From Octopus vulgaris (Eukaryota): a DNA stretch of 64,000 bases. The translations under genes and the position numbers were made by a program. Shown piece after piece: positions 1-14,769 of this stretch; position 1 is the stretch's first letter, and each line of letters opens with the position of its first letter. Where the stretch lies: contig OX597819.1 in the NCBI GenBank assembly GCA_951406725.2, positions 67,518,001-67,582,000 on the forward strand, given 5' to 3'. Under the pieces are notes generated by a model. The model was not told the origin of the DNA and made no database searches. It saw only the letters and a list, made by a program, of their open reading frames with translations.

Positions 1-775
1 AAATATATATTTTGTCTTTGCAAATGCAGGAGCTACAATGGTACAATTGTCTATATTACATTAACCTCACTGAACTGTTGGTTGATTCTCCTATATAGAC
101 TTGAATACTTCATGAAGCTAAATGGAATGAACTCTAAACTACGATTCCTAAGAATATCATGTATATTGCATTTACGGAGGGTTTGTTCGCCCCTGGGCAT
201 TGGCTTTCAGGAGAAAATTGGAATTTTACTCCAGTCATGACAGCAGATTCTTTTTCTATTTATGATTGTTATTGGCAAACTTACAACTACATGGATTTAA
301 GTGCTTACTATAAATATACATACATACGCACATATATAGACACACACCCTCACACACATATTTCTCTATGCACATAAAAAAAATTATACCTCCAAAAATA
401 TACCTACATAAACTAAAATACATGCATACACGCACATTCATAGATACACTCGTGCGTACACTCATACACACACGCACCGTGCACACTCACACACACACGC
501 GTATACTTATGTATATATACACATGCATACCTATGTCTTATACTTATATACATATGTACGGACAACCGAGAATCCAAAAGATTTACCGACGGAAACTAAG
601 AATTCCAAGCTGACGTACTGATGAGAATGAAATATTTGGGCGTCAACATAAAGTAATTCCTGTTATTATTATTATTATTATTACTATTATTATTATTATT
701 ATTATTATTAATCTTTACCGTGCATATTTCTTAGATATAATCAATATTGCCTAATTTATTTATATATGTGTAATA

Positions 776-1681
776 AGGGATTTAAATGAAACCACATTTA
801 ACAACTGTGCCTACGTAATTCTTATTGCACATACTGCTACCATATTTTTGCGGTACGTTTCCGTAATAACTTTTGGAATTATCAGCAATTTTACAACTAT
901 TGGACTATTTTGCAGGCAGTTCATACATCAATCTAAAATTAATCCGTATCTTCTAAGTCTTCTTATTGTCGATACTTATTTTAATCTTGCTAAGTTGTGC
1001 AAGGTTCATTTGGATATCCTTATATTTGAAATATTCAATCGCAGACATATCAATCTTTGGCGATGATGCATTCAACCGGCTCATTAGTGTATTATTTATG
1101 TATTCCTCCCAGATAACTGTCACTATTTCTATAGACCGTCTTTTGGCAGTCTTTAACCTACCCCCCCCCCCGGCGTTATTCTAAGAAAAACCTTACCACA
1201 TACATTGTATTCGTCATTCTTCTTATAACTGTTGTTGTAGCATACATCGTAACATATTGACTAATACAAAGCTTCAGGTGTTTTCCTGCTCTCAATGATC
1301 ATTTATTCATTTATACCTGCAGTATGTTTAGCTGTACGCTCTGTTACATTGATTTATAAACAACCAAACGTTGGTCAGAATTCGCATCGAAGTTTTGCAA
1401 CTCAAAAACGGAATACAGTTTACATTGTAATTGCTATAAATATTGTATTTTTCTTTACCACATTTCCTCCTTCCATATATATTTTTGTCGTAATATTTTC
1501 TAATTGCTTTCTTGATGGCATTGTATCATTACCGGGTATGCTAGCTATGATGAATAATTGTTTCAAATTTGTAATTTGTTTCATAGCTAGCAAAACATTT
1601 CATGAAATCCTAAAAGCAAAGTGTTTCCAACACAAGAGAAGAAACAGATGCAATATATATTATATTGACATGAAATTATAA
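776..1681 (+). pseudogene. Class A GPCR paralog 1, pseudogene
   Basis: Homologous to intact copies: FNNC, FGIISN, SKINPYLL, YSSQITVTISIDRLLAV, FFFTTFP, MNNCFKF, ends YYIDMKL*. AGG at the start-codon position (776); homology is split over ORFs 848, 966 and 1295 by frameshifts and stops. Confidence 0.9.
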
Positions 1682-1799
1682 CTGAGATATCATTTGAAAT
1701 ACAAATATTAAGAAGTTTTCAATCTTTTTGACGTCCTCAACTTTCTTATAAAGGAATGTACACAATCAATAATTTACGTACACTCGCTTTAAGTAGGCG

Positions 1800-1970
1800 T
1801 ACTGTTAGATTCGTGAGCACGCCAAGCAAAAGGATTATCAACATTTCGTCTGTCTTTACGATCTGAAATCAAATTTCGCCGTGGTAATCGACCGTAACAG
1901 AACTATTACCCCCGCACACACACACACCCTACTCCCACCCCGAAATTTCTGGTCGTGTGCTAAAATATTC
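1800..1970 (+). mobile_element. Degenerate SINE fragment
   Basis: Similar to fragments at about 16400-16602, 43480-43595 and, reversed, 63800-63986. Confidence 0.45.
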
Positions 1971-2907
1971 ACACTTTCTAATCACCTGAATACTTTCGAA
2001 GACATTCGTAAAAGCTATATGCATAATTCAATTTTCATAATTAAAACATATGTATTTTCTAATTATTTTCATTAATTATCAACATTTTATTTCCTAATAA
2101 TTTTCTATCATTCATTTTGGTGTATATATTCTAACAACTCTATATATTTTACCAGAACAGGAAAAATCACAATATTCTCAATACAGCAAACAGCTATCTG
2201 CTGATGCTAGAAAAGTACGTGTAGATGGGCAAACTATGGGAAAAAAAATTTATAATTTACAGCAGACACCAAGCATCCAGGCTAAAAACAACTTCTAACT
2301 AAAACAAAATTTATATCAAAGACAAAATCAAAGCGAGTTCAAATATGTGCTGACTCTCGTTCCTCAATATGCACTTGGATTGAAGAAGGATAGCAAATCG
2401 CATTTCAAATCGACTATTAATTTTTATAAGTAATGTAAATAAAATTTGCAAATCAAGAAATTTTATTTGCTGTGCTATCTTGAATGCAAGGAATACTATA
2501 TGCGTAAAACCGGAATTTTGGGTTTTATGAGAGGGGAAGTGTACATAAACAACAAATTAACGACTTATGACTTAGAAACATTGCATGCAGGGAACCTTCT
2601 GAAAAATTTTGTTGAACAAAATCGTAAAATATTTCAATTTATATAAATACAAATACGAAATCAATTTATTACAAATGGCAAAGAAAGATATTTTATTAAT
2701 AAATAAAAAAAATACAAGTGAACAAAAAACTTTTGTTCGAATACCGAAATTAACATTGCCGATTTCTTTTTCCCGCAAGCATACCAGAAACTGGCCCTAC
2801 GTACGCAAACATAATTGTGCACAAATATATACCGTTTTATATATTCAAATATCTGGATGAGCGTATGTATGAGTTTGTATGCATATATATATATATGCAT
2901 TTCCGAA

Positions 2908-3151
2908 TGAGATACAAAACCAAGGTTGTGAATATTTTAGAACATATATACATAGAAGGACTTACAGCTGTCTCCAGAATATTTGTTATATCCCTTTCAT
3001 CTCCGCTGAAGGTATATAATAAATATCTCACATTGTCTCACATTTTCTCACACCGTGTCCAATGAAGGGATATAATGAATACCCTGGAAACAGCTGTAAG
3101 ACCTTCTATTTATAAATGTTCTAAAATCGTCACACCCTTGGTTTTTTATCT
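2908..3151. repeat. Imperfect fold-back palindrome with decayed hammerhead motif
   Basis: GAGATACAAAACCAAGG...CCTTGGTTTTTTATCTC arms of about 90 bp; the right arm has GAAACAGCTGTA preceded by an AGGG/CCCT stem. Confidence 0.75.
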
Positions 3152-3339
3152 CATCTTAATTTATTTGTATATACACACGCTGATGTATGACCTACGTTGG
3201 ACTCCTTATTCGCATAATAACCGAACCTGGAGCTTAACTTTTTTCTCTCCATAGCACTTACTTAGTATTACCTTTGGATCTTACAGACACTATGACCACT
3301 CATAATCTCCATTTCTCGCAATACGAAATAAGAACTTTA

Positions 3340-4332
3340 TTAATCAAAAATGTTATAAGGATAAAATAAACCTGCTTTTCTATAATGCTATTCATTAAAG
3401 CCACCTTCATCTTCAATAATATGAGAGGTAAATCATCTACATACTTGAATCAAGTGGTCCTGGTTCATTTTGGATGTTACTTTCACTATGGCAGTTTTCA
3501 AAGAATCTTTGGTGTTAAGGGCGTGTTCGTTGACCGCTTTCTCAAAGACGCTCCACATGTAACATTCTGATGGATTGAGATATGTGTAATAAGGAGGCCA
3601 AATGTTAGGGATTATAGAGCCATGTGTGATAGGGCAGAGTCTTACTGAAACATATATGGCCTTCCATGGCATACGCCCTCTATCAATTATCAGGACTTAA
3701 TAATTATTTCCAGAACCTCAATGTAAGCGGTAGAGGTAACACTAAGGCTTTGTGGGAAGAAGTAAGGAGGTACCACATGGCCTTCATTGCTGGCAACGTC
3801 TAAAGGAAATTTTGTATGCATAACACTTGGGACTTCAGAAGCGTCTGTATATACCCATCTGGCATTTCTTCTTCTTTTTGATCTTGGCCGAAATTTTTCT
3901 CGTTTGGAAAAAAAACAAAACAAATCAAATCTCCTGCTGGATTTTTCAGTTTGTTTAAGAGCCTATTAGATCTGATATAGTGATTTGTTTTACATTTTCT
4001 AACGTAAATTGCCCTTTCCTTATCATAAAACTGATGTCTTCATGGACAACATTTCTGACACATAGTAATCGTTTGCAATTGACCTCATTGACTTTCTGGG
4101 ATTGTAAACAAGGATCTATGGGGCTTGCTTTTGAACTGCAGCATCTAGTTTTGCCAGTGAACAGGTCGGAGTTTATAGCGACAAAAATATTTTGACACAA
4201 GTTAAATTTTAATGCTGAAGTGAATCTTATGGATTTTTGTGTGCTCTTATAAACACATCTTACACGATGCAATTGTTTTTATTTCAGCACACGATCTCAG
4301 ATCAATTCACTTGCTATGAAAGTAACTCTCCG

Positions 4333-4335
<3 letters not shown>
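3340..4335 (-). mobile_element. Tc1/mariner superfamily (DD37D/maT-like) transposase remnant
   Basis: Fragmented ORFs: MIRKGQF, RRNARW..VPSVMHTKFP, SNEGHVVPPYFF, WPPYYTYLNP..YMWSVFE, QDHLIQVCR. Confidence 0.8.
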
Positions 4336-4369
<34 letters not shown>

Positions 4370-5241
4370 TGTGTTTGTATGTGTGTGTGTGTGTGTATAT
4401 ATGTATATATTTTACAAAACCAGTCTTATAATCAATATCTTTTTATACATATCCTGTATGCATTGTCACTAGATGAAGTTAACTCTTTCTAAAAGCATTT
4501 TATATCATTATGCAATCATAAATAACAAGCTATTAAACCACTTATGTAATTAAGTCCACTCAATTACAACAAGATGTCGAGTACATTAGATACACTTTTT
4601 ATTAAGTATGATAAAATGGATGCGTGTCCATAAATTACTTACCTTTAGAAATACATCGATCGTTTTTCACACCTAAATATACCCTATAGTCTGTAGAAGG
4701 TAATTTTACTGTTATATCAATAAGACTATTACATTCCAGTATAAGTTAAAAGATACATATTGACACATATAGATACACACACACGCATACACAAATACAC
4801 AAATCAGACAAACGTATAGATACACAAACAGCCCACGTCTCTATAAAGCTTAAAGAGAATTGAGATATTTAAAATTGGAAATGTATTAATAGAAGAGGGG
4901 GGGGATAGAGAAAGAACTTGTGTGTTATTTTATTATAGATAACATTTGAATGTTAGAGAGCCGTGAAGCAGGATTATAATAATGTTGGCATACTTCGGCA
5001 GACGGTCTTTCTGATGGGCTGCAGAATTGAAGTGCATATTCACATGTAAGTAAGCATATGCTGACACAAACACATATACACAAAAAATACACACACAAAC
5101 AAACACACCTACACTCACACACTTTCAGAAACACATATATGTATAAACATTGTTACGTATTCTATAAATATCTATATAGGAGGGAATATATATACATACA
5201 TATATATGTATATATATGTATATATATGTATATATATATAC

Positions 5242-5274
<33 letters not shown>

Positions 5275-5520
5275 CGTGTGTGTGTATGTATAGCTACATT
5301 GGATTATAAGGATAAAGTAATTAGGTAAATTGATGTGTATTAATTCGTATATATGTGTTGGAGAATGCTGTTCAGAACGCCAGATTGAATGATGCCGTCC
5401 GGGTATCGAAATCCTAGTGATATCCCAGGGCCAGCTGATGAAGGAGGGAAGGAGGTGTGTTGGATTGACCGTTATTGGCTGTTATTGTCTGTGCAGAATA
5501 GTTTTATACGACATCTATTT

Positions 5521-5567
<47 letters not shown>

Positions 5568-5952
5568 ATTCATGATGTAGAAGAGTTAATTCCTACAGTT
5601 TCTGTCTCTCTACGTGTTTTCATTTTATCTCATTTTGCTCTTCTTAATGCGTTCTGTCGAAGAGCGCAAGCTCAAAACGCGAGAGAAATTTCCATTCTTC
5701 CCTAGCGTTAAAATTTTATACCAGCTTGTTCCTAAATTTCTCTTATATATATATATATACACACACACTTACACAATTATATATTCTCATACAGATGATT
5801 GCATGCGCTCGTTTTAGGTATAAATGCATGTAAAAATGTACATAAATCCCTTGTAGGTACACATGAATATTTATTCTTAGGGCATACATACGTCTGTTTG
5901 GAAATATATACAGAAGACACACCCACGCTCACAGAAATGTAGTGACAAATTG

Positions 5953-5983
<31 letters not shown>

Positions 5984-6496
5984 CATAAATGCATACATAC
6001 ATACATGCATACAAACAAACATACATACATGCATAAAACAAACATACATACATGTACATACGCACAGTTTTATGATAAGGAAAGGGCAATTTACGTTAGA
6101 AAATGTAAAACAAATCACTATATCAGATCTTTATTCCAAATGTGACACATCTCTACAAATGTTCATATATATATATATATATATACATAGGAGAGCAAAA
6201 ATTATAAAAATGTATCGCTATACTTATTTTTTAATTTGTGTATATGTTTATTACTTTTTTGTAAATTTTATTTCCCCTCCTCAATTTAAAAAAAAATTCT
6301 TTTTACGTTTCAAATCTTGAAAATTTGCATTGCGATGAAAACCGTTAAAATTAATAATTTTTTAATTTTCCATACACCAATTTTTATTAAAATTCACCTT
6401 CAATTCAGCATTCTGCCTTTTTATAATTTTTCCTCTCCTATCATTTCTCCACGTGCGGTCAACACAACCCCACCATTTATTTATATATATATATAA

Positions 6497-6557
<61 letters not shown>

Positions 6558-6610
6558 GTTTAAATATTTGTTGTGCAAGATTTTTTATGTGAAGTCGTGT
6601 GTTGAAACAG

Positions 6611-6786
6611 ATATTGTTATATTTCGGAATGGTCATATTGCCAGTTTAGCCAATAAAAACACACGCACTATATATTTGGTGTTATTTTGCTTCAGTGATA
6701 TTTATATCACTGAAGCAAAATAACACCAAATATATAGTGCGTGTGTTTTTATTGGCTAAACTGGCAATATGACCATTCCGAAATAT

Positions 6787-6794
<8 letters not shown>
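6611..6794. repeat. Perfect palindrome, 91-bp arms, 2-nt loop
   Basis: 6611-6701 is the exact reverse complement of 6704-6794; lies between (TA)n tracts. Confidence 0.95.
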
Positions 6795-6845
<51 letters not shown>

Positions 6846-7074
6846 TATAATAAATATTAGGGAATAAATCAAAAATTACAGGGAAAAACCAGATTTAGGA
6901 TTAAATCCAATTTTATAGTAAAATATTATATATTCAATTGTTTATAGGGTTTATTTTAGATTATATGTTGATTATATATAGATTATATATAGATTATATA
7001 TATCTATATTATTTCATTGATAAATTTATATTATTTTAAACTTATATTTTAAAATATTGATATTTTTAGATCGG

Positions 7075-7128
7075 AAATCCACCTGACGAATGTCATTTGA
7101 AGACATGAAACAATTGTAGTGGCGATTT
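7075..7128 (+). ncRNA. Type I hammerhead ribozyme (minimal, Penelope-type)
   Basis: CCAC-CTGACGA-ATGTC(atttgaa)GACAT-GAAA-CAATTG-TA-GTGG: intact core, 5-bp stem II, palindromic stem III ACAATTGT, stem I CCAC/GTGG. Confidence 0.85.
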
Positions 7129-7208
7129 ATTTACTTTATATAAAAATTTTTTATGCATTGATTAAGTCTTTCCTTGTTTGATTTGCAAAATAGTGGTTTT
7201 GTCTCGAA

Positions 7209-7251
<43 letters not shown>

Positions 7252-7320
7252 GTATGTGTGTGTGTAGCATTGGGGTGTTCTAGGCTTACGTATGAATATA
7301 TGTATAGATATATGTATGTA

Positions 7321-7411
<91 letters not shown>

Positions 7412-8051
7412 ATTCATTATACTTTATTCATTGATTGATTTTTTAAATTGTTAATTTGCAGACATCATGCTAATTTCTTTTCATGCAGAACTACATTTCA
7501 TAAAAAATTTCCTATCAAAATTAATGTGTGGGAGGGGTGACAGTACATTTTGTATTCTAAATATAACTCAAATAGAAGAAAAAAAAAAGCTGGAAAACAG
7601 AAGGAAAAACGGGGAAGAGACAAAGAAAGCAAAATGACCTTCTGTGATGCCTAAACCGCGCTTTTTTTTTCTGCTTTGAAGAGGTCACTATCCGTAAACC
7701 CATTTGAATACAATCGTAAAGGATTAAATAAATAAATAAATAAATAGACAAATGGTGAATAAGAAGGGGGATATCCCTTCTCTCTCTCCTTCTCCCTATC
7801 TGTCTATCTGTCTAACTATCTATCTAACCGTCCATCTGTCTATCTGTTTGACTATCTATCTATCCGTCCATCTATCTATCTATCCGTCTATCTATCAGCC
7901 TATATACCTACCTATATATCTATCTCTACATCTCCATTGTTTATGGAACATCCCCCCCCCAAAAAAAACAACAAACAAACGAATATTGTCGTCTAAACAA
8001 AAAAGAAACCAAAACATCTTTTATATAAATGCATAAGCTCTTTGTACATTC

Positions 8052-8188
8052 ACAAAATTTTATTTGACAAGTTCGAGAATGGAACAAAAGCGCTAATAAT
8101 AATGAAAGAAATAAAACGTTTTGTTTCCAAAATTCTGACGACTTTTTTTCTCAACATTCAAATTCTGTACATCACACCTAACATTCTA
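8052..8188 (+). repeat. Single arm of the repeat that forms the 13667-13892 palindrome; decayed hammerhead
   Basis: TTAT-TTGACAA-GTTC..GAAC-AAAA-GCGC-TA-ATAA; shares sequence with 13797-13892. Confidence 0.6.
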
Positions 8189-8241
8189 CACACACACACG
8201 CACACACTAACATACACACACACACATTGTTTGTATATATA

Positions 8242-9060
<819 letters not shown>

Positions 9061-9076
9061 GTATAGATAGATAGAC

Positions 9077-9133
<57 letters not shown>

Positions 9134-10136
9134 TGGATGTCCGTCAATTTACATACCTAGAGAGCTGTCTAATTTTATGTCTAAATTTTGTACATTAACT
9201 TTCTTTTCATCTTTTCATTTAATCATCTGTATATCTGTCTATCCTCCAGCGCAGCCAACGTCCATCCTTTTCAATTTTAACCTCTTTATATAGCTGTCTA
9301 TCTATCTATTTAACTATCTACTTTAGCTGCCTACCTATTCATCACTTTATCTATCCCTGTTTTTCTCCACATATCTATGTGTCGAACAATGGATTTATTG
9401 ATGTATCTATTGATAAAGGTATCTACGAACCAAACAACTCATATCAATTTACGCATGCATGATTACATATAAATATATTACAAACACAGGAACGCACACA
9501 GGCACAAACACATACACACATACACACACCCATTATAGACACACAGCCATATATTTAATCATTCTTAATGTCCATATATCCATACCACGCAACAACCATG
9601 ACAGGCTGGTGTTAATGTGGTGTTAAAACACATTTATATAGATTCACTAAACAGTCCAAACATCTTTTAACAAGAATAAATTCAAATAATTTAATACGCA
9701 TAGTATGATCTACTAAAGTAGAACTGTACACCTCGGATTAAATCACTCTTAACAGTTACTTACCTTTAATCTTGGTGACAATACTAGCATAATTACATAT
9801 ATACATACGCACACATCCACACACAGAGAAATACACACACACACACACACACATATTTATATGTGTGCAGACCGAGAAAACACTTACATACACATTTGTA
9901 TGTCTACGTGCGAGTGTGTCTGTTTGTGTGTATACATACGTAGCCGTTTCCATTAGCTTATGCATACAAACTTTTATGCAAAGGTATATTTGAGAACGCA
10001 TAACACCTTGTTGTTTGCATGCTGAAAATACGAAAGTGTATAAATTATATTCGACAAAATCTTTAATATTACTATTACAAATCATCATCATCATCTTATT
10101 ATTATTACTATTATAATTATCATCATCATAATCCTT

Positions 10137-10236
<100 letters not shown>

Positions 10237-10244
10237 ATTATTAT

Positions 10245-10421
10245 TGTCTTTGCACAGCTTTTAACGCACGAGATATACTACGGTGTAAGCTGTTCACTAC
10301 AAGTGAACTAAGGTAACACCTCTTATTTTTGGAGCACCTTCCGGAGTATTCGAGCGGTTCCAATCAGTGCTGTTTTTTGCAAGTGATCCACCCTTATTGC
10401 AACCCCTATTTGTTCCATGTA
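10245..10421 (-). mobile_element. R4/Dong-like LINE 3' end in (TTA)n
   Basis: Reverse-complement match to 22690-22860; flanked by (TTA)n on both sides. Confidence 0.7.
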
Positions 10422-10422
10422 C

Positions 10423-10471
<49 letters not shown>

Positions 10472-10498
10472 TCTTAGTATTGCTGAATATTTGTTGAA

Positions 10499-11753
10499 AT
10501 GGATGAAAAAGAAAGCATACTTAACAACTGTACCCTGGTCATTAATATTAATATAAGAAACGTTGTTGTCATGTATTCTCTACGGTATGGATCTATAATT
10601 TTCTTCACTTTTGGAAGTATCGGTAATTTAACCACCATGGAAATATTTTAGCAGCATATCCATGCAAAAGTCTAAAATTAATCCATATCTTCTCCGCCTT
10701 GTTATTATCCATAGTTTTCTAATTTTGATGACATGCATAACAAATAGTTGGATATCATATAATTTAGAATTTTCGGACATTATACTTTCACTTAACATCG
10801 TTAGTATTTTATTTATGTATTCTTCCTGGATAACAGTGAGTATTTCTGTTGAACGATTGCTGGCGGTGTGCTATCGATTTTCACGACGCTAGTCTACAAG
10901 AAACTCTACCCCATATATTGTAAGGGTAACTATACTTTTTATTGATGTTGGTATATATTGTATGCTATGAAGGCGCATGGCTCAGTGGTTAGAGCGTCGA
11001 GCTTACGATCGTGAGGTTATGAGCCCGAATCCCTGACCGGGCTGCGTGTTGTGTTCTTGAACAAGACACTTTATTTCACGTTGCTCCAGTTCACTCAGCT
11101 GTAGAAATGAGTTGCGACGTCACAGGTGCCAAGCTGTATCGGCCCTTGCCTTTCACTTGGACAACCTCGGTGACGTGGAGAGGGGAGGCCGGTATGCATG
11201 GGCGACTGCTGGTCTTCCATAAAACAACCTTGCCCAGACTTGTGCCTCAGAGGGTAACTCTCTAGATGCAAATCCATGGTCAGTGTCTGACCGAAGGGGG
11301 TCACCACCACATTTTTCTTTCCAGTACCCCTCGCCTACGCTTTCATTCTATCTTTAACCACATATTCCTTTATACCTGCAACATGTTTAGCTTTAAGCTC
11401 TATTATTTAAATTTAGAAATTATTCAGACGACTTAACGTTGGTCAGAATTATAACCGAAGCGTTGCAACTCAATACAGGAATTCAATATATATCGTAATT
11501 ACTATAAAGTTTTGTATTTCTCTTAACAACGTTTCTTACTTCCATCTATATTTTTGTTATAGTATATAAGGATTGCAAACTTGATTCCACTTACTATTTT
11601 ACTGCGATTCTAGCTCTGACGAATAACGGCGTTAATTTCATAATGTACTTTATAGTTGGTAAGAGCTTTCTGGAAAATGTGAAGTATATATGTTCCAAAA
11701 AGCCAAACGTAACAACTAGACGGAATATATATAATATTGAGAGGGATGTATAA
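10499..11753 (+). pseudogene. Class A GPCR paralog 2, pseudogene interrupted by a SINE
   Basis: MDEKESILNNCT...FGSIGNLTTMEIF* (TAG 10649), frameshift, YSSWITVSISVERLLAV, further stops, SINE at 10969-11310, TM5-7 homology to 11753. Confidence 0.92.
10969..11310 (+). mobile_element. tRNA-derived SINE with CORE-like centre
   Basis: A box TGGCTCAGTGG, B-box-like CCCGAATCC, central CAAGACACTTTATTTCACGTTGCTCCAG shared with the SINE at 49647-49974; GPCR homology resumes on both sides. Confidence 0.85.
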
Positions 11754-11852
11754 TAATTAAACACATTTCGTTTATGGCTACATCTTAAAATTTCGATATT
11801 TTAAACTACATCCAAATATTCCATCGACATGCACGCAATCACTTACATACAG

Positions 11853-11916
<64 letters not shown>

Positions 11917-11964
11917 ATGTTTGTGTGTGTGTGTATATGTATATATATATATAGACAGATAGAT

Positions 11965-12915
11965 AGATGGTGTTAAACGCAGTTGTTATCCAAATTCTTT
12001 TACTTCCGACATATGTTTCGAATACAACATTGGTATTATTCCAGAAGGAATAAAATGGGGTAAAAGAATGCAACCTTCTCGTCAGGGACAGAAATAGCAA
12101 GACACATCAATAAGACATTTCAAGAGAATTTGATGACTTTGTTTATGAGGGAGGCAACGCTATCAAGTGTTTTTTTTAAACGTTACTTCTGGTCCTGGCG
12201 TCTTTTTTATATAGGTAGTCCTTCATCTCAGTTGTCCCAAAGAATATCTAATTATTACTCTTCATTAGGCATGCGAATAAACGTAAAAAAAACTGGGCTT
12301 AGTAAAGTTAATCTTGTATCTAACAGATTATAATAAACAATTTAAGTTGGAATGGAATATTCTCTCTATTTCTTTACTTTATGACGAAGGTAAATATTAT
12401 TCTTGCCTCCTTTGTAGTAGTGAAATGTCTTTTACCCTTTTTTCAAAGAATCCCACATTTATGGAACACGTTTAACGTTGCAAATATACCTTTAGTTTCT
12501 ATAAGTGATTTCTACCATTCTATAAAATTCAACCTTTGACATTCTTTCATTTCACTTCCACTAACTATATTTACTCTCATAACTTGAAGCTTTATTCTAA
12601 TTCACCTATTGCTCTATATCTTTTCACTATTAGTTTTCTGCTAATTTCGTTCTTTCTCCTCTTTCTTTAATATACCTTCGACGATATATCTATTATCGGT
12701 TATTTTTTTCAAATTGATAGCATTCCCTTCATCACATACACAATCATCACATTCTGTTAAAATGTTTCATCTGTTTGGATTCTTTCTGTCTCTGATTAAA
12801 AGATTGTATTGCTTTACACCATTTTATTCCTTCTGGAATAATTTTAATGCTGTCCTCGAAACATTTATCGGATGTAAGAGAATTTGGATAACACCTGCGT
12901 TTAATTCCATTTATT
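11965..12915. mobile_element. Penelope-like remnant bounded by inverted ~140-bp terminal repeats
   Basis: 11965-12100 is a diverged reverse complement of 12780-12915; both carry hammerhead-like motifs. Confidence 0.6.
12005..12088 (-). ncRNA. Type I hammerhead ribozyme candidate
   Basis: Minus strand TCC-CTGACGA-GAA..(long loop)..TTC-GAAA-CATATG-TC-GGA; palindromic stem III ACATATGT; stems I and II only 3 bp. Confidence 0.65.
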
Positions 12916-13242
12916 TATTTATTTATATTATACAAAATATTTCACCTAAACCTGGAGTTTGTACCTTTATAAATAGGTTGTTACATACTGGTTACTTGTG
13001 TGAATTTTTGCTACCCTGGTAACAGTTTTTTTCCTCCGAAATATTTGTAAAAACTGTAAAACACACACATACATTTATATATATATACTTACATACATAT
13101 ATATATATATATATATATAAACATACATTCATACACACGCAAATACACACACACTCGTATATACATATTAAAGGAGCAATCACGTGCATTTTCTGACATA
13201 TATTGAGAATCATTCACGAGTGAGAACTCGGGAAATAATAGC

Positions 13243-13309
<67 letters not shown>

Positions 13310-13500
13310 GTAATAATAATAATAATAATAATAGTAGTAGTATCTATAAATTTCATGTTTTTAAAGTACCACCGTGTATTGACTAAAGATACTAATCTAA
13401 TATTGTGACATATAATCCCTTCTAAACATGATCATTTCCATTCGTTAATACACGGTTATCGCTTCTAGACATTAATCCTACTACTATCGTTACAGAATGC

Positions 13501-13568
<68 letters not shown>

Positions 13569-13591
13569 TTATATACGTATATGTATGTATG

Positions 13592-13625
<34 letters not shown>

Positions 13626-13666
13626 TGTATGTATGTATGTATGTATGTATGTATGTATGTATAGAG

Positions 13667-13888
13667 TGTTAGGTGTGATGTACAGAATTGAATATTGAGA
13701 AAAATGCCGTCACAATTTTGAAAAAAATCCTTTTTTTTCTTCCTTATTATTAGCGCTTTCTTTCCTCTCTAGAACTTGTCAAATACAATTTCAAAATTGT
13801 GTTTGACAAGTTCTAGAGAGAAACGAAAGCGCTAATAATATGGAGGAAATAAAAGGATTTTTCCAAAATCCTGACGACTTTTTCCTCA

Positions 13889-13892
<4 letters not shown>
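13667..13892. repeat. Imperfect fold-back palindrome with decayed hammerhead
   Basis: Centre near 13792; TATTATTAGCGCTTTC..TCTAGAACTTGTCAAA mirrors TTTGACAAGTTCTAGA..GAAAGCGCTAATAATA. Confidence 0.8.
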
Positions 13893-13947
<55 letters not shown>

Positions 13948-14769
13948 GAAAGAGAGAGGGGGGTCCCTACACGTGTAATATTGTCATCTTATTACGTCCT
14001 TAAAAACCTACATCGATTTCTGCATCATCATTTCTTACTTTGTCGTCGGTCACACACTTTTTGCTGAATTCTTCTGATATAAAATCTGTTCGAAGGTTTA
14101 ATAACGGACGCAGTTTGTGTGTCAAGTAGCTAGCTTGAGGCGATGGCTTCATGGAGCTAATCAGCGACAGCTTTATTCTTATTTTTAAGAATGCCATATT
14201 AGCATGGCGATAACTATTAATTTCCAGAAACGCTGTCGTAATCTCTTTTAAAGAGACTTAGTAATTTTAATATTTCTATTATATATATAAATATATACGC
14301 AGATACAAATACGACGCTGTTGTATAGCTTCACTGCGTACTTACTACCAAAGACGTGTGTGTGCAACAAACATGAAAAAATTGTGTCTCACCTCTTGGAA
14401 GAACATTCGATAAATGGACAACCTAGAATCGGATAATGCAGGACCGGTTTCTAACTCATCAAATATGTTTGGCAACGTAAATTTGATTAGACTTCATCAG
14501 CTGCATTTACCTAGACAATATTTCAAATGTTGCCACATCAATGCCAGTATACTCATCTGAACGCCAAGCCGTTAACAGAACGAGAACAGTGAAGGAGCTT
14601 TCAATGAAAATAATAATGTATAATTCTACCCTTATGGGGCTATATTTTACTGGAAAGTAATACATTTGTATTGCATTATTATATATATATATATATCTGT
14701 GTGTGTGTGTGTGTGCGTGTGTGTGTGTGTGTTTATAAAACATGTGCGTGTGTGAGTTGTCATAATGTT

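Noticed and set aside
615-645. CTGATGAGAATGAAA hammerhead-like core
   Set aside because: No stem II pairing and no stem I complement.
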